Source: an uncultured Bacteroidota bacterium
Lineage (GTDB): Bacteria; Bacteroidota; Ignavibacteria; Kryptoniales; JAKASW01
Assembly (NCBI GenBank): GCA_963704305.1
Contig: OY969888.1
Span: 1,820,435-1,884,434, forward strand
Length of the DNA: 64,000 nucleotides
Reading direction: 5' to 3'
The notes under the pieces are model-generated. The model searched no databases. It worked only from the letters and a program-made list of their open reading frames with translations, and was not told the origin of the DNA. Below, in pieces: positions 21,165 to 30,853 of the stretch; the stretch's first letter is position 1, and each line of letters begins with the position of its first letter. A program made the position numbers and the translations under genes.

Positions 21165-21781
21165 GGATTGTAGATCTTACGCATCCGATTACGGACAGAA
21201 TGCCCGTCTATTTTCCCTGGCATCCTGCCACGGAGATCACGCAGACAGCGAACTATTCCCGGAACCAATGTGTGGTTCACAAGATTACAATCGGCACGCA
21301 TACCGGTACACATGTGGATGCGCCGCTCCACATTTTTGAAGGAATGCGGGCGATAGACGAGTACGACTTGAACCTGCTGTTTGGAGATGCACAAATAGTG
21401 GACGTCTCTCCGCGCGAGCCAAGGCAGCCGATAACTCTTCTGGAGTTGAAGGGAAAAAATATTAGGCCTGGCATTGGAGTCATTCTGAAGACTGGATGGG
21501 ACTCGGAGTTTGGCAAGCCGGATTATTATGCCACTTACCCGCCGCTCTCGAATGAAGCCGCCGAACTGCTCGTCACGTTGAAGGTCCCATTTCTTGCCGC
21601 CGACACACCTTACACGCTCGATGTCCACAAGATTCTTTTGAAGCATGGAATTCCATTAATCACAAATCTCAACAATACTGAAAACCTCACTGAAGGCACC
21701 GTGAAATTGATTACTGCGCCTCTTCCGATCAAAGGGGGCGACGGTTCACCAGCTCGCGTCTTGGCGATAATTGAAAAGTGA
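21161..21781 (+). CDS. Cyclase-family protein / kynurenine-formamidase-like metal hydrolase
   Basis: ATGA overlap with the ferredoxin gene. The HxGTHxDxPxH motif is present as GTHTGTHVDAPLH. Confidence 0.75.
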   Translation: MRIVDLTHPITDRMPVYFPWHPATEITQTANYSRNQCVVHKITIGTHTGTHVDAPLHIFEGMRAIDEYDLNLLFGDAQIVDVSPREPRQPITLLELKGKNIRPGIGVILKTGWDSEFGKPDYYATYPPLSNEAAELLVTLKVPFLAADTPYTLDVHKILLKHGIPLITNLNNTENLTEGTVKLITAPLPIKGGDGSPARVLAIIEK

Positions 21782-21844
21782 CTAGTGAATTGGATTCACA
21801 CGTTTCAAATTATTAAGAGTGAAAATGAAAAGTAGGAGTACAAG

Positions 21845-23470
21845 ATGAAGTTTCCCTATCTGCTCTTTAGGCGAATACCGCTTTTCTTCATAGGCCTGAC
21901 CGTTCTGGTCTTCTTGCTCGCTCGGGCTGAAGCGAAGAGCGCGGATAAAACCATCAACTGTTACGCGATGAGCGTTGAAGGCAACTGGGAAATCTATGGC
22001 GATCTTCCGAACCAAGCTCTGCTGATCAGTCTTCAGGGTCTGGTGAACAGAACCGGACCGCGACTCTATCTTCTTTACGGTCCCAACTATGAGTGGACTG
22101 AGGTGCAGGCACTCCTCAACTTTTATCATGAAGAGCATCATGTGAATTACACGATGATTAATTCGATACCGGATGCTCTTACGAAATTCCGGAAACATGT
22201 CAAAGGTTACATAGTCTATGATCAGAAGATCCGTGATTCTATTGTCCTCTCGTTCACGGCCGCAGGCATTCTCGACGGTGTTGTGGTTTCAGAAAGTCAG
22301 ATACCTATGATGGAGAAGCTCGGGTTCAAGAAACTCGCCGACTTCAGAAACAAATTTGAAGGAATGAGTGCCGCGCAAATATACAGGTGGGCATACGACC
22401 AATACTGGAACAGGTGCACGCACAAGATGCTTGTATATCTTGGCGGCGAAGAAGGAAAATATATGAAGCCGGGTGTCGCCGACCTCGGTGTGGCGAACAG
22501 GGCGTTCTTCTACGATCTCTGCACCAAGCCTGTGTGCAGTGATGAGTACGCGTTGGTCTCGATGATCTACAGCAAGATGAAACCCTTTTCGATGCTCTTC
22601 GGATGGCATTCGTACGCGAAAGATTATGAGGCCGACTACGTCAGACTCGCGTCACATTATGCGCTCCGGGTTGAGGGATTGAACACACTTCCAAACATGA
22701 GCTTCCATAAATACACCAGGGTGCCGGCCGGCTACAAGTTCAAATCGAATCATACTCAGCTTGCCAACTTGAAAATTGAAAACAAAATATACATCGCACT
22801 CATCGAGAGTGACGGTTTAGGAATTGGGGCCTGGTTGAAGCCAGGGCGGGGATCGCTTCCTTACGCATGGGAAGTGAACATGTACTACTACAACTATGCA
22901 CCTTCGATTCTGCGGTACTACTACAGCCAGGCCACGCCGAACGACTACTTCATCGGAACGCTGGGCGGGCCGAGCTACATGTATCCCAAGGCAATCCCAC
23001 CGAAGTTTTTGCTGAAGGCGATCAAGATGGCCGGAGATTTGATGAAGGATCTCGACCTCAACGTCTTCGAGATCTTCGATGCGTCTGACACGTTGACGAG
23101 AGACCTGCCGGAGAACATTGTGAATGCCTATTTCAAATACATGCCTCGCGCAGTCGGTTTCGTAAACGGTTACGGACCTGCCCATACTTTTTCTTTACAA
23201 GGAGATAAAGCATTCGTCTCCTTCGACTACTATCTGGCTCCGACAAGGCCGGTCGATGACGCAGTAGCGGACTTGGAAGAGCTCGCCAAGCTGAATCCGA
23301 AACGTCCCTACTATCTCTGTTTCCATGTCAGAGAGAGCAACGATGTCGCACGAGTCAAAGAGATCATGGATAAACTCGGCCCGGATTTCGAGGTTGTCCC
23401 GATAGACGAATTTCTCGCGCTTGCCGGAAAGCATGCGACATTTCAGACAAGATTCGAATCAGCCCATTAA
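21845..23470 (+). CDS. Secreted GxGYxYP-family-like putative glycoside hydrolase
   Basis: Signal/TM segment FRRIPLFFIGLTVLVFLLARAEA. The internal TLGGPSYMYPKAIPP matches the GxGYxYP signature apart from one substitution. Confidence 0.5.
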   Translation: MKFPYLLFRRIPLFFIGLTVLVFLLARAEAKSADKTINCYAMSVEGNWEIYGDLPNQALLISLQGLVNRTGPRLYLLYGPNYEWTEVQALLNFYHEEHHVNYTMINSIPDALTKFRKHVKGYIVYDQKIRDSIVLSFTAAGILDGVVVSESQIPMMEKLGFKKLADFRNKFEGMSAAQIYRWAYDQYWNRCTHKMLVYLGGEEGKYMKPGVADLGVANRAFFYDLCTKPVCSDEYALVSMIYSKMKPFSMLFGWHSYAKDYEADYVRLASHYALRVEGLNTLPNMSFHKYTRVPAGYKFKSNHTQLANLKIENKIYIALIESDGLGIGAWLKPGRGSLPYAWEVNMYYYNYAPSILRYYYSQATPNDYFIGTLGGPSYMYPKAIPPKFLLKAIKMAGDLMKDLDLNVFEIFDASDTLTRDLPENIVNAYFKYMPRAVGFVNGYGPAHTFSLQGDKAFVSFDYYLAPTRPVDDAVADLEELAKLNPKRPYYLCFHVRESNDVARVKEIMDKLGPDFEVVPIDEFLALAGKHATFQTRFESAH

Positions 23471-23487
23471 TGAATGAGGAGCATACA

Positions 23488-24048
23488 ATGAATGCAAGAG
23501 TGTTTCAAAATGTTGGTAAGTTGCTCGCTATCGTTTCCATTCTGTCGACGGCTCCGTTGGCACGTGCTCAGAATTTTGTCGGCCTGTGGAAATTCGATCC
23601 GGGTCAAAGCAAGCACGTCGCAGGCGCATTTCAGCCCGGCGAGTTAAACCTGAGACTGCAGATTCTATCCGACTCTTCGGACAGACTGGTGATCGAGACA
23701 ATGTATCGTGGTGAATATGGAGGGAGAATGATAAAGCTGAACGTTGATCTGAGCGGCAAGGAAACAAATTCTTTTTTCCCGCGAGGTGATCTCCCAATGT
23801 TCAGCTATGAGGCGGTCGAGGCAGGAGATGATCCTGTTGTCAAGAGCACCGCGGTATTGGGAGCGGACAAAACTTCATTAGATGTGACCTCCCATTTCAC
23901 AGTCAATGTTTCCCAGGGTTCCGCCGAGATTACCCGCCAGCTCCATTTCCAGCTTTCCCAGGATGGAGAAACTCTGACGATGACCGAGATGCGCAACTCG
24001 AGGGATTTTGCACCGCCTGCGGTTTATGTTTTCGATAGGGCGGATTGA
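23488..24048 (+). CDS. Small secreted hypothetical protein
   Basis: ORF 23470-24048. ATG 23488 follows GAGGAG and gives the signal peptide MNARVFQNVGKLLAIVSILSTAPLARAQ. I recognise no family. Confidence 0.5.
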   Translation: MNARVFQNVGKLLAIVSILSTAPLARAQNFVGLWKFDPGQSKHVAGAFQPGELNLRLQILSDSSDRLVIETMYRGEYGGRMIKLNVDLSGKETNSFFPRGDLPMFSYEAVEAGDDPVVKSTAVLGADKTSLDVTSHFTVNVSQGSAEITRQLHFQLSQDGETLTMTEMRNSRDFAPPAVYVFDRAD

Positions 24049-24144
24049 ATATTAAGAGACATCATGTTGGTTAGAGTTGGCGAAGAGTGTTGAAAGACTC
24101 ACTATCATCGATGACTGAACTCACGGTACTCGGTTTGGAGTGAA

Positions 24145-25074
24145 ATGAAGCCTCAAAACATCATCGGGCTTGACATAGGCGGCACGAAGACGGCGGTCGT
24201 CTTCGGAACTTCATCGGGCGAAGTGCTGGGGCGGACCGAATTTCCGACTCGATCTGAACGAGGATTTTCGAGTTGCTATGAAGATTTGCAGATTGCCATT
24301 TCGGAAGAGATGAGGAAAGCTAACGACCATGTTTCGGCAGTGAGCGTTTCTATTGGCGGGCCTCTCGATGTCCTGGAGGGTGTGATCAAGTCTCCTCCGC
24401 ATCTGCCGGGATGGGATGACATTCCGCTTAAGAAATTATTGAGAGATAGTTTTGAGCTTCCCGTGTACGTTGAGCACGACGGCAATGCAGGCGCACTCGC
24501 CGAGTTCTACTTTGGCGCTGGAAAAGGTTGTCGGAGCATAGTATTCCTTACTCTGGGAACAGGATTCGGTGCAGGACTAATTCTTGACGGCAGACTATAT
24601 CGTGGCACAACCTATGTGGCCGGAGAAATCGGACATGTCAGAGCCGCGGAGGAAGGCCCGGATATGTACGGGAAGCGTGGTGCATTCGAAGGCTTTTGCA
24701 GCGGAGCAGGAATTGAAAAACTGGCAGCTCACATGTTTCCGATGAAGTGGTCGAAGGGTATCAGCGCTCGTGAGCTGGCAAACATGGTAGAGGCTGGTGA
24801 TGGAGATGCAAAAAAAGTGTTCGAGGAGTCGGGTAAATATCTCGGGCGTGCCTTCGCGTTGCTTGCAGACATCGTTAACCCTGAAAAGATAATTCTCGGA
24901 ACTCTCGGCTTGAAATTGGGTCAGCTCCTGATCGCACCGGCCATGGAGGAATTTCGGAAAGAAGCGCTGCCGCAGTCGTTCGGTGCATGCGAAATTGTAC
25001 CTTCGCAGCTGGGAGCAAGAATCGGAGACGTTGCATCTTTGTGCGCCGCGATAGATCAAGGAGGATTACGATAG
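24145..25074 (+). CDS. ROK-family sugar kinase
   Basis: N-terminal ATP motif IGLDIGGTKTAVVFG. ROK signature VAGEIGHVR. Confidence 0.8.
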   Translation: MKPQNIIGLDIGGTKTAVVFGTSSGEVLGRTEFPTRSERGFSSCYEDLQIAISEEMRKANDHVSAVSVSIGGPLDVLEGVIKSPPHLPGWDDIPLKKLLRDSFELPVYVEHDGNAGALAEFYFGAGKGCRSIVFLTLGTGFGAGLILDGRLYRGTTYVAGEIGHVRAAEEGPDMYGKRGAFEGFCSGAGIEKLAAHMFPMKWSKGISARELANMVEAGDGDAKKVFEESGKYLGRAFALLADIVNPEKIILGTLGLKLGQLLIAPAMEEFRKEALPQSFGACEIVPSQLGARIGDVASLCAAIDQGGLR

Positions 25075-26955
25075 ATGATGAAATTCGCTCGCTTGATTAA
25101 ATCACTCGTTGTATTTTCCGTATTGCTCTTTGTATTCACCGGAGTATGCCCTGCCCAGGCACAAACCGATAAACAGTTCGAGGCACGAAGGAATAGAATA
25201 CTGCAGTTCTATGGCGACTCTGTTCGAATATCGTTTGACGCAGGAGCGCCAGATTATTCGCGGCCGAATTTCGATATCGTCGTTGCAAAGCTTGCGGCCG
25301 GAACTGATGTGAAACCGGCACTGCAAGCGCTCGACACTCTCATGGCACAACATACAGGGAACATGTTCTACACTTATCAATTAATGGGCACCTATCTGTT
25401 TGGAAGAAAATCTTTGCCTCAGGGATTCGGAGATAAAATCAGAGACAATCTGAAAGCTGTCACCATTTATCGCGGTGACACGGAAAATCACTGGCTTCAG
25501 TATTACACGGGTTGGTACCTTGCTTCGCAGGAGTGGAACGTGGATCGCTGGTCAAACGGGAAAAGCTCCGCGGAGAACATCAGCGAAGCGGAATCATACA
25601 TCGACAGCTGGATCGCGCTCACCACCTCGCTCGGGCAGGGAGAGTATAACTCGCCCACCTACATCATCACCTATGTCGATCCGCTCATCCTTCTGTACCA
25701 GTTTGCGAAAGATTCGCTCATGCAGAAGAAAGCGGAGATGATGCTGGAGTACATACTTGCCGACTTCGCAATCGAGAACCTTGACGGTTGTTATTGCGGC
25801 GCGCACAGCAGGGATTATCCTTACATCGTGGTGAACCCTCACCAGGCTCAGTCACAGATTTTCAGTTACCTTTACTTTGACAGCGCTACGTTCAGACCTA
25901 AAGTGCGCGAGGCAATTTCCGTAATTTTTCCGGCGCTGAGTTCATTCAAGTTGCCGCAGATCATTTATGATGTGGCGACCGACCGCTCTCAACCTTATGT
26001 TGAAAAGGAGAGAAAGAGAGTTCGGTTCGTGATACGATATGGATCTGAACGAACGCCGCCGGTTTACAAGTACACATACATGACCAAGGACTATTGCCTC
26101 GGAAGCTCACAGGGTGGTATCCTCCAGCCGATTCAGGAGCATGTTTGGGATGTGACCTTCGCGTCGAGCAAGCCATACAACACGGTGTTTGCGCTTAACC
26201 CTTATACTTCGCCGCTCGAGTTGGGTCTGTTTTTCCCTGAAGACCCGCTCACTTCATATGGCTTTGTCGCGCATGCACATGGTTACTATGGCGACGTCGA
26301 CAAGTGGTCGTCAAGTTCGCCGCATGAAAGAACATTCCAGAATTTCAACACGATCATCGATCTGTACGATCTGCATTTAAGCCCTGACGAGGAGTGGCAG
26401 CAGATCGATGCTTTCTTTCCGCTCACTCTCGATCAATTCGTTGTCGATGAAAGCGGATGGATCTTTGGAAGGATGGACAGTGCGTACTTTGCTTACTATC
26501 CTCTTGCGAAATACGAACTCGAAAAGGACACAGACTCTCTCGAGCTTCTCGGCGGCGAACCGCCAGTGCGCGGCTGGTCCGGCTGGGTAAATAACACCGT
26601 CGACCTCAGGCTGAGAAGCTTTGCAACCAACAACGGATGTGTGTTGCAGGCCGGGTCAGAGGTGCAGTACGGGAGCTTCGACAATTTCAAGAGAAACGTC
26701 AGAAGCACTAAAGTAATCTTCGACAATAAAGAGAACAGTGTCGAGTACACCACCATCAACGGAGATCGAATGCATTTTCGTTACCCGGATGACAGGAAAA
26801 TCAACGGCAAGAAAGTTGTCCTGGACTATCCACTTTTCGACAGCAAGTATCTTCATTCAGCTATCAACAGCAGAGTTCTCAAGATTACATATGGAAATGA
26901 TATCAGGACGCTTGACTTCAACAATTTTACAGTGGTTCAGCAAACTGCCAGATAG
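25075..26955 (+). CDS. Secreted conserved hypothetical protein (626 aa)
   Basis: Starts directly after the ROK stop codon. Signal peptide LIKSLVVFSVLLFVFTGVCPAQA. I recognise no family. Confidence 0.45.
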   Translation: MMKFARLIKSLVVFSVLLFVFTGVCPAQAQTDKQFEARRNRILQFYGDSVRISFDAGAPDYSRPNFDIVVAKLAAGTDVKPALQALDTLMAQHTGNMFYTYQLMGTYLFGRKSLPQGFGDKIRDNLKAVTIYRGDTENHWLQYYTGWYLASQEWNVDRWSNGKSSAENISEAESYIDSWIALTTSLGQGEYNSPTYIITYVDPLILLYQFAKDSLMQKKAEMMLEYILADFAIENLDGCYCGAHSRDYPYIVVNPHQAQSQIFSYLYFDSATFRPKVREAISVIFPALSSFKLPQIIYDVATDRSQPYVEKERKRVRFVIRYGSERTPPVYKYTYMTKDYCLGSSQGGILQPIQEHVWDVTFASSKPYNTVFALNPYTSPLELGLFFPEDPLTSYGFVAHAHGYYGDVDKWSSSSPHERTFQNFNTIIDLYDLHLSPDEEWQQIDAFFPLTLDQFVVDESGWIFGRMDSAYFAYYPLAKYELEKDTDSLELLGGEPPVRGWSGWVNNTVDLRLRSFATNNGCVLQAGSEVQYGSFDNFKRNVRSTKVIFDNKENSVEYTTINGDRMHFRYPDDRKINGKKVVLDYPLFDSKYLHSAINSRVLKITYGNDIRTLDFNNFTVVQQTAR

Positions 26956-26984
26956 AATTCATCAATAAGATTCAAAAGGTCAAT

Positions 26985-27992
26985 ATGGTTAAGAGATTGT
27001 TAATGCTGGTGCTCCTTGCGACGGCGATTTCATTTGCCGGGCAGAAAAGAGTGTACGTAGTGGTTCACCTATACCAGAAGATGGTTGTCGGCGGACAGAA
27101 CCCACCGGCTGGAATTTTTTATTCGGCCGACGGAGGCGCGACCTGGGATCACATGGGATGGTCGAACATAATTGCGTACTCGCTCACCGTAGATCCGGGT
27201 TCCGACAACAAGATTCTCTACCTTGCTGCCGGCAACGGTGTCCTCAAGTCGACAGACGCTGGTGACACCTGGCGCATCATGACTGACTGGCATGAGACCG
27301 AGATAAGCGAGGTCGTCATCGATCCGTCGGATCGCAACACTCTTTACATCGCCACACCATATGGCGTGTTCAAGTCAACCGATGCCGGCTGGACATGGAA
27401 AGAGAAGAACGAAGGGATCCGCCCGGAAGAAACCGGTACCACATCATCAACTTTCATCGGGCCGATTCTCATCGACAAGACGAAGCCGGAGAGAATCTTG
27501 ATTGGAACAGAGAATGGAATTTATCAGAGTCTGAATGGTGGTAATTCATGGAAGATCTTCGCGCTCAAAGGTCGCGGAGTACGTGCACTCGTCAGGAGCA
27601 AAAAGGATCCGAATCTATTCCTGGCCGGCACCGAAAACGCCGGGATATTTGTATCTCATGACGGAGGGAAACACTGGCTCCAATCTGGAAGAGGTGTAGA
27701 CACACTTGCCGTATACGCGGTCTGCATCGATTCGCGTAATGATAGCGTAATGTATGCCGGAGGCTACGAGACCGGCCTTATGAAATCGGTCGATGCCGGG
27801 AGAACCTGGAAATATTATTCCTCCGGCATGACAACGAAAACTGTCCACGGGATTGCGATAGATCCTGATGATCCAAACGACATTTATGTGGTGACAATAC
27901 CTGGCGGGGTCTTCAAAAGCACAGATGGAGGCGCGACCTGGAAGTATCTCACACTCGACGGTGCGCAGGTCTGGTCTATTATGATTCAATGA
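26985..27992 (+). CDS. BNR/Asp-box repeat beta-propeller protein (sialidase-like / glycosidase-like)
   Basis: Seven Asp-box repeats: YSADGGATW, KSTDAGDTW, KSTDAGWTW, QSLNGGNSW, VSHDGGKHW, KSVDAGRTW, KSTDGGATW. Signal peptide is present. Confidence 0.8.
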   Translation: MVKRLLMLVLLATAISFAGQKRVYVVVHLYQKMVVGGQNPPAGIFYSADGGATWDHMGWSNIIAYSLTVDPGSDNKILYLAAGNGVLKSTDAGDTWRIMTDWHETEISEVVIDPSDRNTLYIATPYGVFKSTDAGWTWKEKNEGIRPEETGTTSSTFIGPILIDKTKPERILIGTENGIYQSLNGGNSWKIFALKGRGVRALVRSKKDPNLFLAGTENAGIFVSHDGGKHWLQSGRGVDTLAVYAVCIDSRNDSVMYAGGYETGLMKSVDAGRTWKYYSSGMTTKTVHGIAIDPDDPNDIYVVTIPGGVFKSTDGGATWKYLTLDGAQVWSIMIQ

Positions 27993-27993
27993 A

Positions 27994-29220
27994 GTGGAGG
28001 CCGAAAGAATATCTATGACAGTCTCAGAGGATTTACTTCGGAAGTCATTGACCCGCATCCCATGGGGAACTCAGACAAATGCAAAGAGACCCATTGCTGA
28101 ATATGCCGGGATCATGCCGTATTTTGTCGAGCGAGCGAAGGGCTGCAGGTTCTGGGATGTGGACGGCCATGAGTACATCGATTATCGACTCGCCCTCGGC
28201 CCTGTCATTCTCGGTTACGGTTTTGAAGATGTAGACCGCGCGGTGAGAGCACAGCTCGACAAAGGCACACTCTTCAGCATGGCGAGCCCGCTGGAGATCG
28301 AGCTGGCAGAAGAAATGTGCGCTGCGGTTCCTTCAGTAGAGATGGTTCGATTCGGGAAGAATGGTGTCGACGCAAACGCCTGCAATGTCCGCATAGCAAG
28401 AGCTTATTCCGGAAAAGAAAAAATCATGAGGTGCGGCTACAACGGTTATCATGACTGGTTCTCAACCGGGATTCCTGGAAACGGAGTCCCGGGAGTTCTC
28501 GTCGATTATGTGTATGAGGTCGCTTACGGCGACGTCGAGGGAGTCGAGAAAATATTGAAGGCGGACGGTTCGAAGATAGGTTGCATTTTGTCGGTGCCAT
28601 ACGATTTTAATGAAGACATGTCGGGCGATTTTCCAAGAGCGCTGAGGAAACTCGCGGACGAATATAACATCATCTTAATATTTGATGAAGTGTTGACCGG
28701 CTTCAGACTTTCTATTGGCGGCGCGCAGGAATACTTCGGTGTGCGTCCAGACCTGTCGTCTTTCGCGAAGGCGATGGCGAACGGCTTCCCGATCTCGGCA
28801 TACGGCGGCAAGCGAAAGCTTATGGAGAAGCTGAACGATTTCGTGCTGACCACGACATACGCCGGTGAAGCGTTGTCAATAGCTGCTGCCATCGCTACGC
28901 TCAGGACGATGAAGAGAGAAAAAGTGCACGAGCACATATTTAAGATGGGAAGACGCTTGATGGACGGCTTCTCCGCCATCGCGAACCGGCTCGGAGTGGA
29001 AGTAAAGATCGGTGGCTTCCCGGTTGCATCTTACTTTCTTTTCGATTACAAAGATCAGGAGAAAAATCGCCGGCTTCAGTTTGAGTTGAATCGAGAACTT
29101 CTCAAGACGGGAATCTTTGTGTATGACAGGTGGTTCATTTGTTATTCGCATAAGCAATCGGACATCGACGAGACTCTCGATAAATTCGAGCGGGCATTGA
29201 AAGGAGTACTGAGAATATGA
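27994..29220 (+). CDS. Class III aminotransferase (glutamate-1-semialdehyde aminomutase-like)
   Basis: FDEVLTGFRL..GGAQEYFGVRPDLSSFAKAMANGFP carries the PLP lysine in SFAK. The likely true start is ATG 28015, after GGAGG. Confidence 0.8.
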   Translation: MEAERISMTVSEDLLRKSLTRIPWGTQTNAKRPIAEYAGIMPYFVERAKGCRFWDVDGHEYIDYRLALGPVILGYGFEDVDRAVRAQLDKGTLFSMASPLEIELAEEMCAAVPSVEMVRFGKNGVDANACNVRIARAYSGKEKIMRCGYNGYHDWFSTGIPGNGVPGVLVDYVYEVAYGDVEGVEKILKADGSKIGCILSVPYDFNEDMSGDFPRALRKLADEYNIILIFDEVLTGFRLSIGGAQEYFGVRPDLSSFAKAMANGFPISAYGGKRKLMEKLNDFVLTTTYAGEALSIAAAIATLRTMKREKVHEHIFKMGRRLMDGFSAIANRLGVEVKIGGFPVASYFLFDYKDQEKNRRLQFELNRELLKTGIFVYDRWFICYSHKQSDIDETLDKFERALKGVLRI

Positions 29221-29251
29221 TTAAACTCAGCGCCGGCCGATTGGGAACCAA

Positions 29252-30844
29252 GTGAAGTATTTCGACAGCTTCGCATTCGTTGGAAAACGGATGGCACCGC
29301 TTCAGAACGGTATATACAAGACTAACGATATCGTAATGGAAATGGGGAGATGCGGAATCGACGCCGCTCTTGTGGTCCACACCTTCTCTCGTGATTATGA
29401 TCCGGTAGTCGGGAACAAAATGATCCTCGACGAAATCTCCGGGCGAAGGAACTTGTTTCCTTGTTTCGTGGTACGGCCGGGTGACCTCGGAGAATTCCCA
29501 GATGTTGGATCGTACTTGACAGATCATGGAGTGAGGGCCGTGAAGATGTACCCCCGGACTCATATGTACGCATTCGACGAGTTCACTTGCGGAGACATAT
29601 TGTCGGAACTGGAACGCCGTGAGATACCGCTGTTCATCGAGGGAGGAAGGAGATTTGTTCCAAGTTTCAATCAGGTCACGCTCGAAGAACTGGACAGGGC
29701 CTGCACCGCGCATCCGGGATTGAGAATCGTCCTGCAGGGATCCCGGTGGGACGGAATGCGTGAAGTCTTTTTCTTAATGAAGAAGCATAGGAACATCCTG
29801 ATAGAGTTTTCTTCACAGCAGGTTAATCGGGGGATCGAGTTCTTTGCGGATAACTTCGGTTCCCATCGACTTCTATTTGGAACTGAGTTTCCTTTGATGA
29901 GCCTCGGTGCCGCACGAGCTTTCTTGGATTATGCAAATATTTCTCCTGAACACAAGGAGATGATCGCTTGGCGGAACCTTGCGGGTCTGCTGAAGACAGA
30001 CCTGCAGGATGTCGAAGGTTCTTCCGAAGATGATGACAAAATTCTGGTGGCTGTCAAGGCTGGTAGACCGCTGAAAAATCTCGATGTCGTCGATGCTCAT
30101 GCACACATTGTCCGCGATAGTGACCATGTCGCCTACTCGCCGGTCCTGCATTCAAGTGCTGATGAGATACGTGAAAACAACCAAAGGCTCGGCATCAAGC
30201 AATCGTGCATAAGCGATTGGCTGGCGATATGGCTCGATCATGAAATCGGTAACGAGTCGACTCTTGACGCGGTTACGAGGTTTCCGGATCATTTCATCGG
30301 ATACGCCGCCTTCGACCCGACACATGTCACGAACTGGGAGAGTGAGATCGAGCGCTGGTATTTGAAGAATCATTTCCTTGGAATTAAACCTTACTATCCG
30401 CGGACTTTGATACCTTATAATGACGAGCGGTGGAATCCCGTGTTTGAGTTCTGCAACAAGCATCACCTATTTGCGCTTCTCCACCCGTCCGATAATTTCG
30501 TTGCGGAAGTTGAAAACATTTCAAAGAGGTATCCGGGATTGAGATTCCTGCTGGCTCACTCGGGCTTGAGTTTCAAACATGCCTCCGATGTCTGTGAGAT
30601 TGCGAAAAGGCATGAGAATGTCTATCTCGAGCTGACTTTCACCGATGTCCTCGACGGAGTAATTGAGTTCATTGTCAGCAAGGTAGGATCGCACAAGGTT
30701 CTGTTCGGCACCGATCAGCCGCTGCGTGATCCATCGCCGCAGCTCGGGTGGGTTGCCTACGCAAGGTTGTCCGAGCAAGAGAAGACAGAGATTCTCGGAG
30801 TCAACATGCGAAAGATTCTCAGTAGCACCCGGCTTACTTCGTGA
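29252..30844 (+). CDS. Tandem double amidohydrolase-2 (metal-dependent TIM-barrel hydrolase) fusion
   Basis: Two homologous halves. Half 1 ends LLFGTEFPLMSLGAARAFLDYANISPEHKEMIAWRNLAGLL. Half 2 ends VLFGTDQPLRDPSPQLGWVAYARLSEQEKTEILGVNMRKIL. Only half 2 keeps the N-terminal HxH motif (VVDAHAHIV); half 1 has YFDSFAFVG at that position. Confidence 0.65.
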   Translation: MKYFDSFAFVGKRMAPLQNGIYKTNDIVMEMGRCGIDAALVVHTFSRDYDPVVGNKMILDEISGRRNLFPCFVVRPGDLGEFPDVGSYLTDHGVRAVKMYPRTHMYAFDEFTCGDILSELERREIPLFIEGGRRFVPSFNQVTLEELDRACTAHPGLRIVLQGSRWDGMREVFFLMKKHRNILIEFSSQQVNRGIEFFADNFGSHRLLFGTEFPLMSLGAARAFLDYANISPEHKEMIAWRNLAGLLKTDLQDVEGSSEDDDKILVAVKAGRPLKNLDVVDAHAHIVRDSDHVAYSPVLHSSADEIRENNQRLGIKQSCISDWLAIWLDHEIGNESTLDAVTRFPDHFIGYAAFDPTHVTNWESEIERWYLKNHFLGIKPYYPRTLIPYNDERWNPVFEFCNKHHLFALLHPSDNFVAEVENISKRYPGLRFLLAHSGLSFKHASDVCEIAKRHENVYLELTFTDVLDGVIEFIVSKVGSHKVLFGTDQPLRDPSPQLGWVAYARLSEQEKTEILGVNMRKILSSTRLTS

Positions 30845-30853
30845 AGATTTTAG

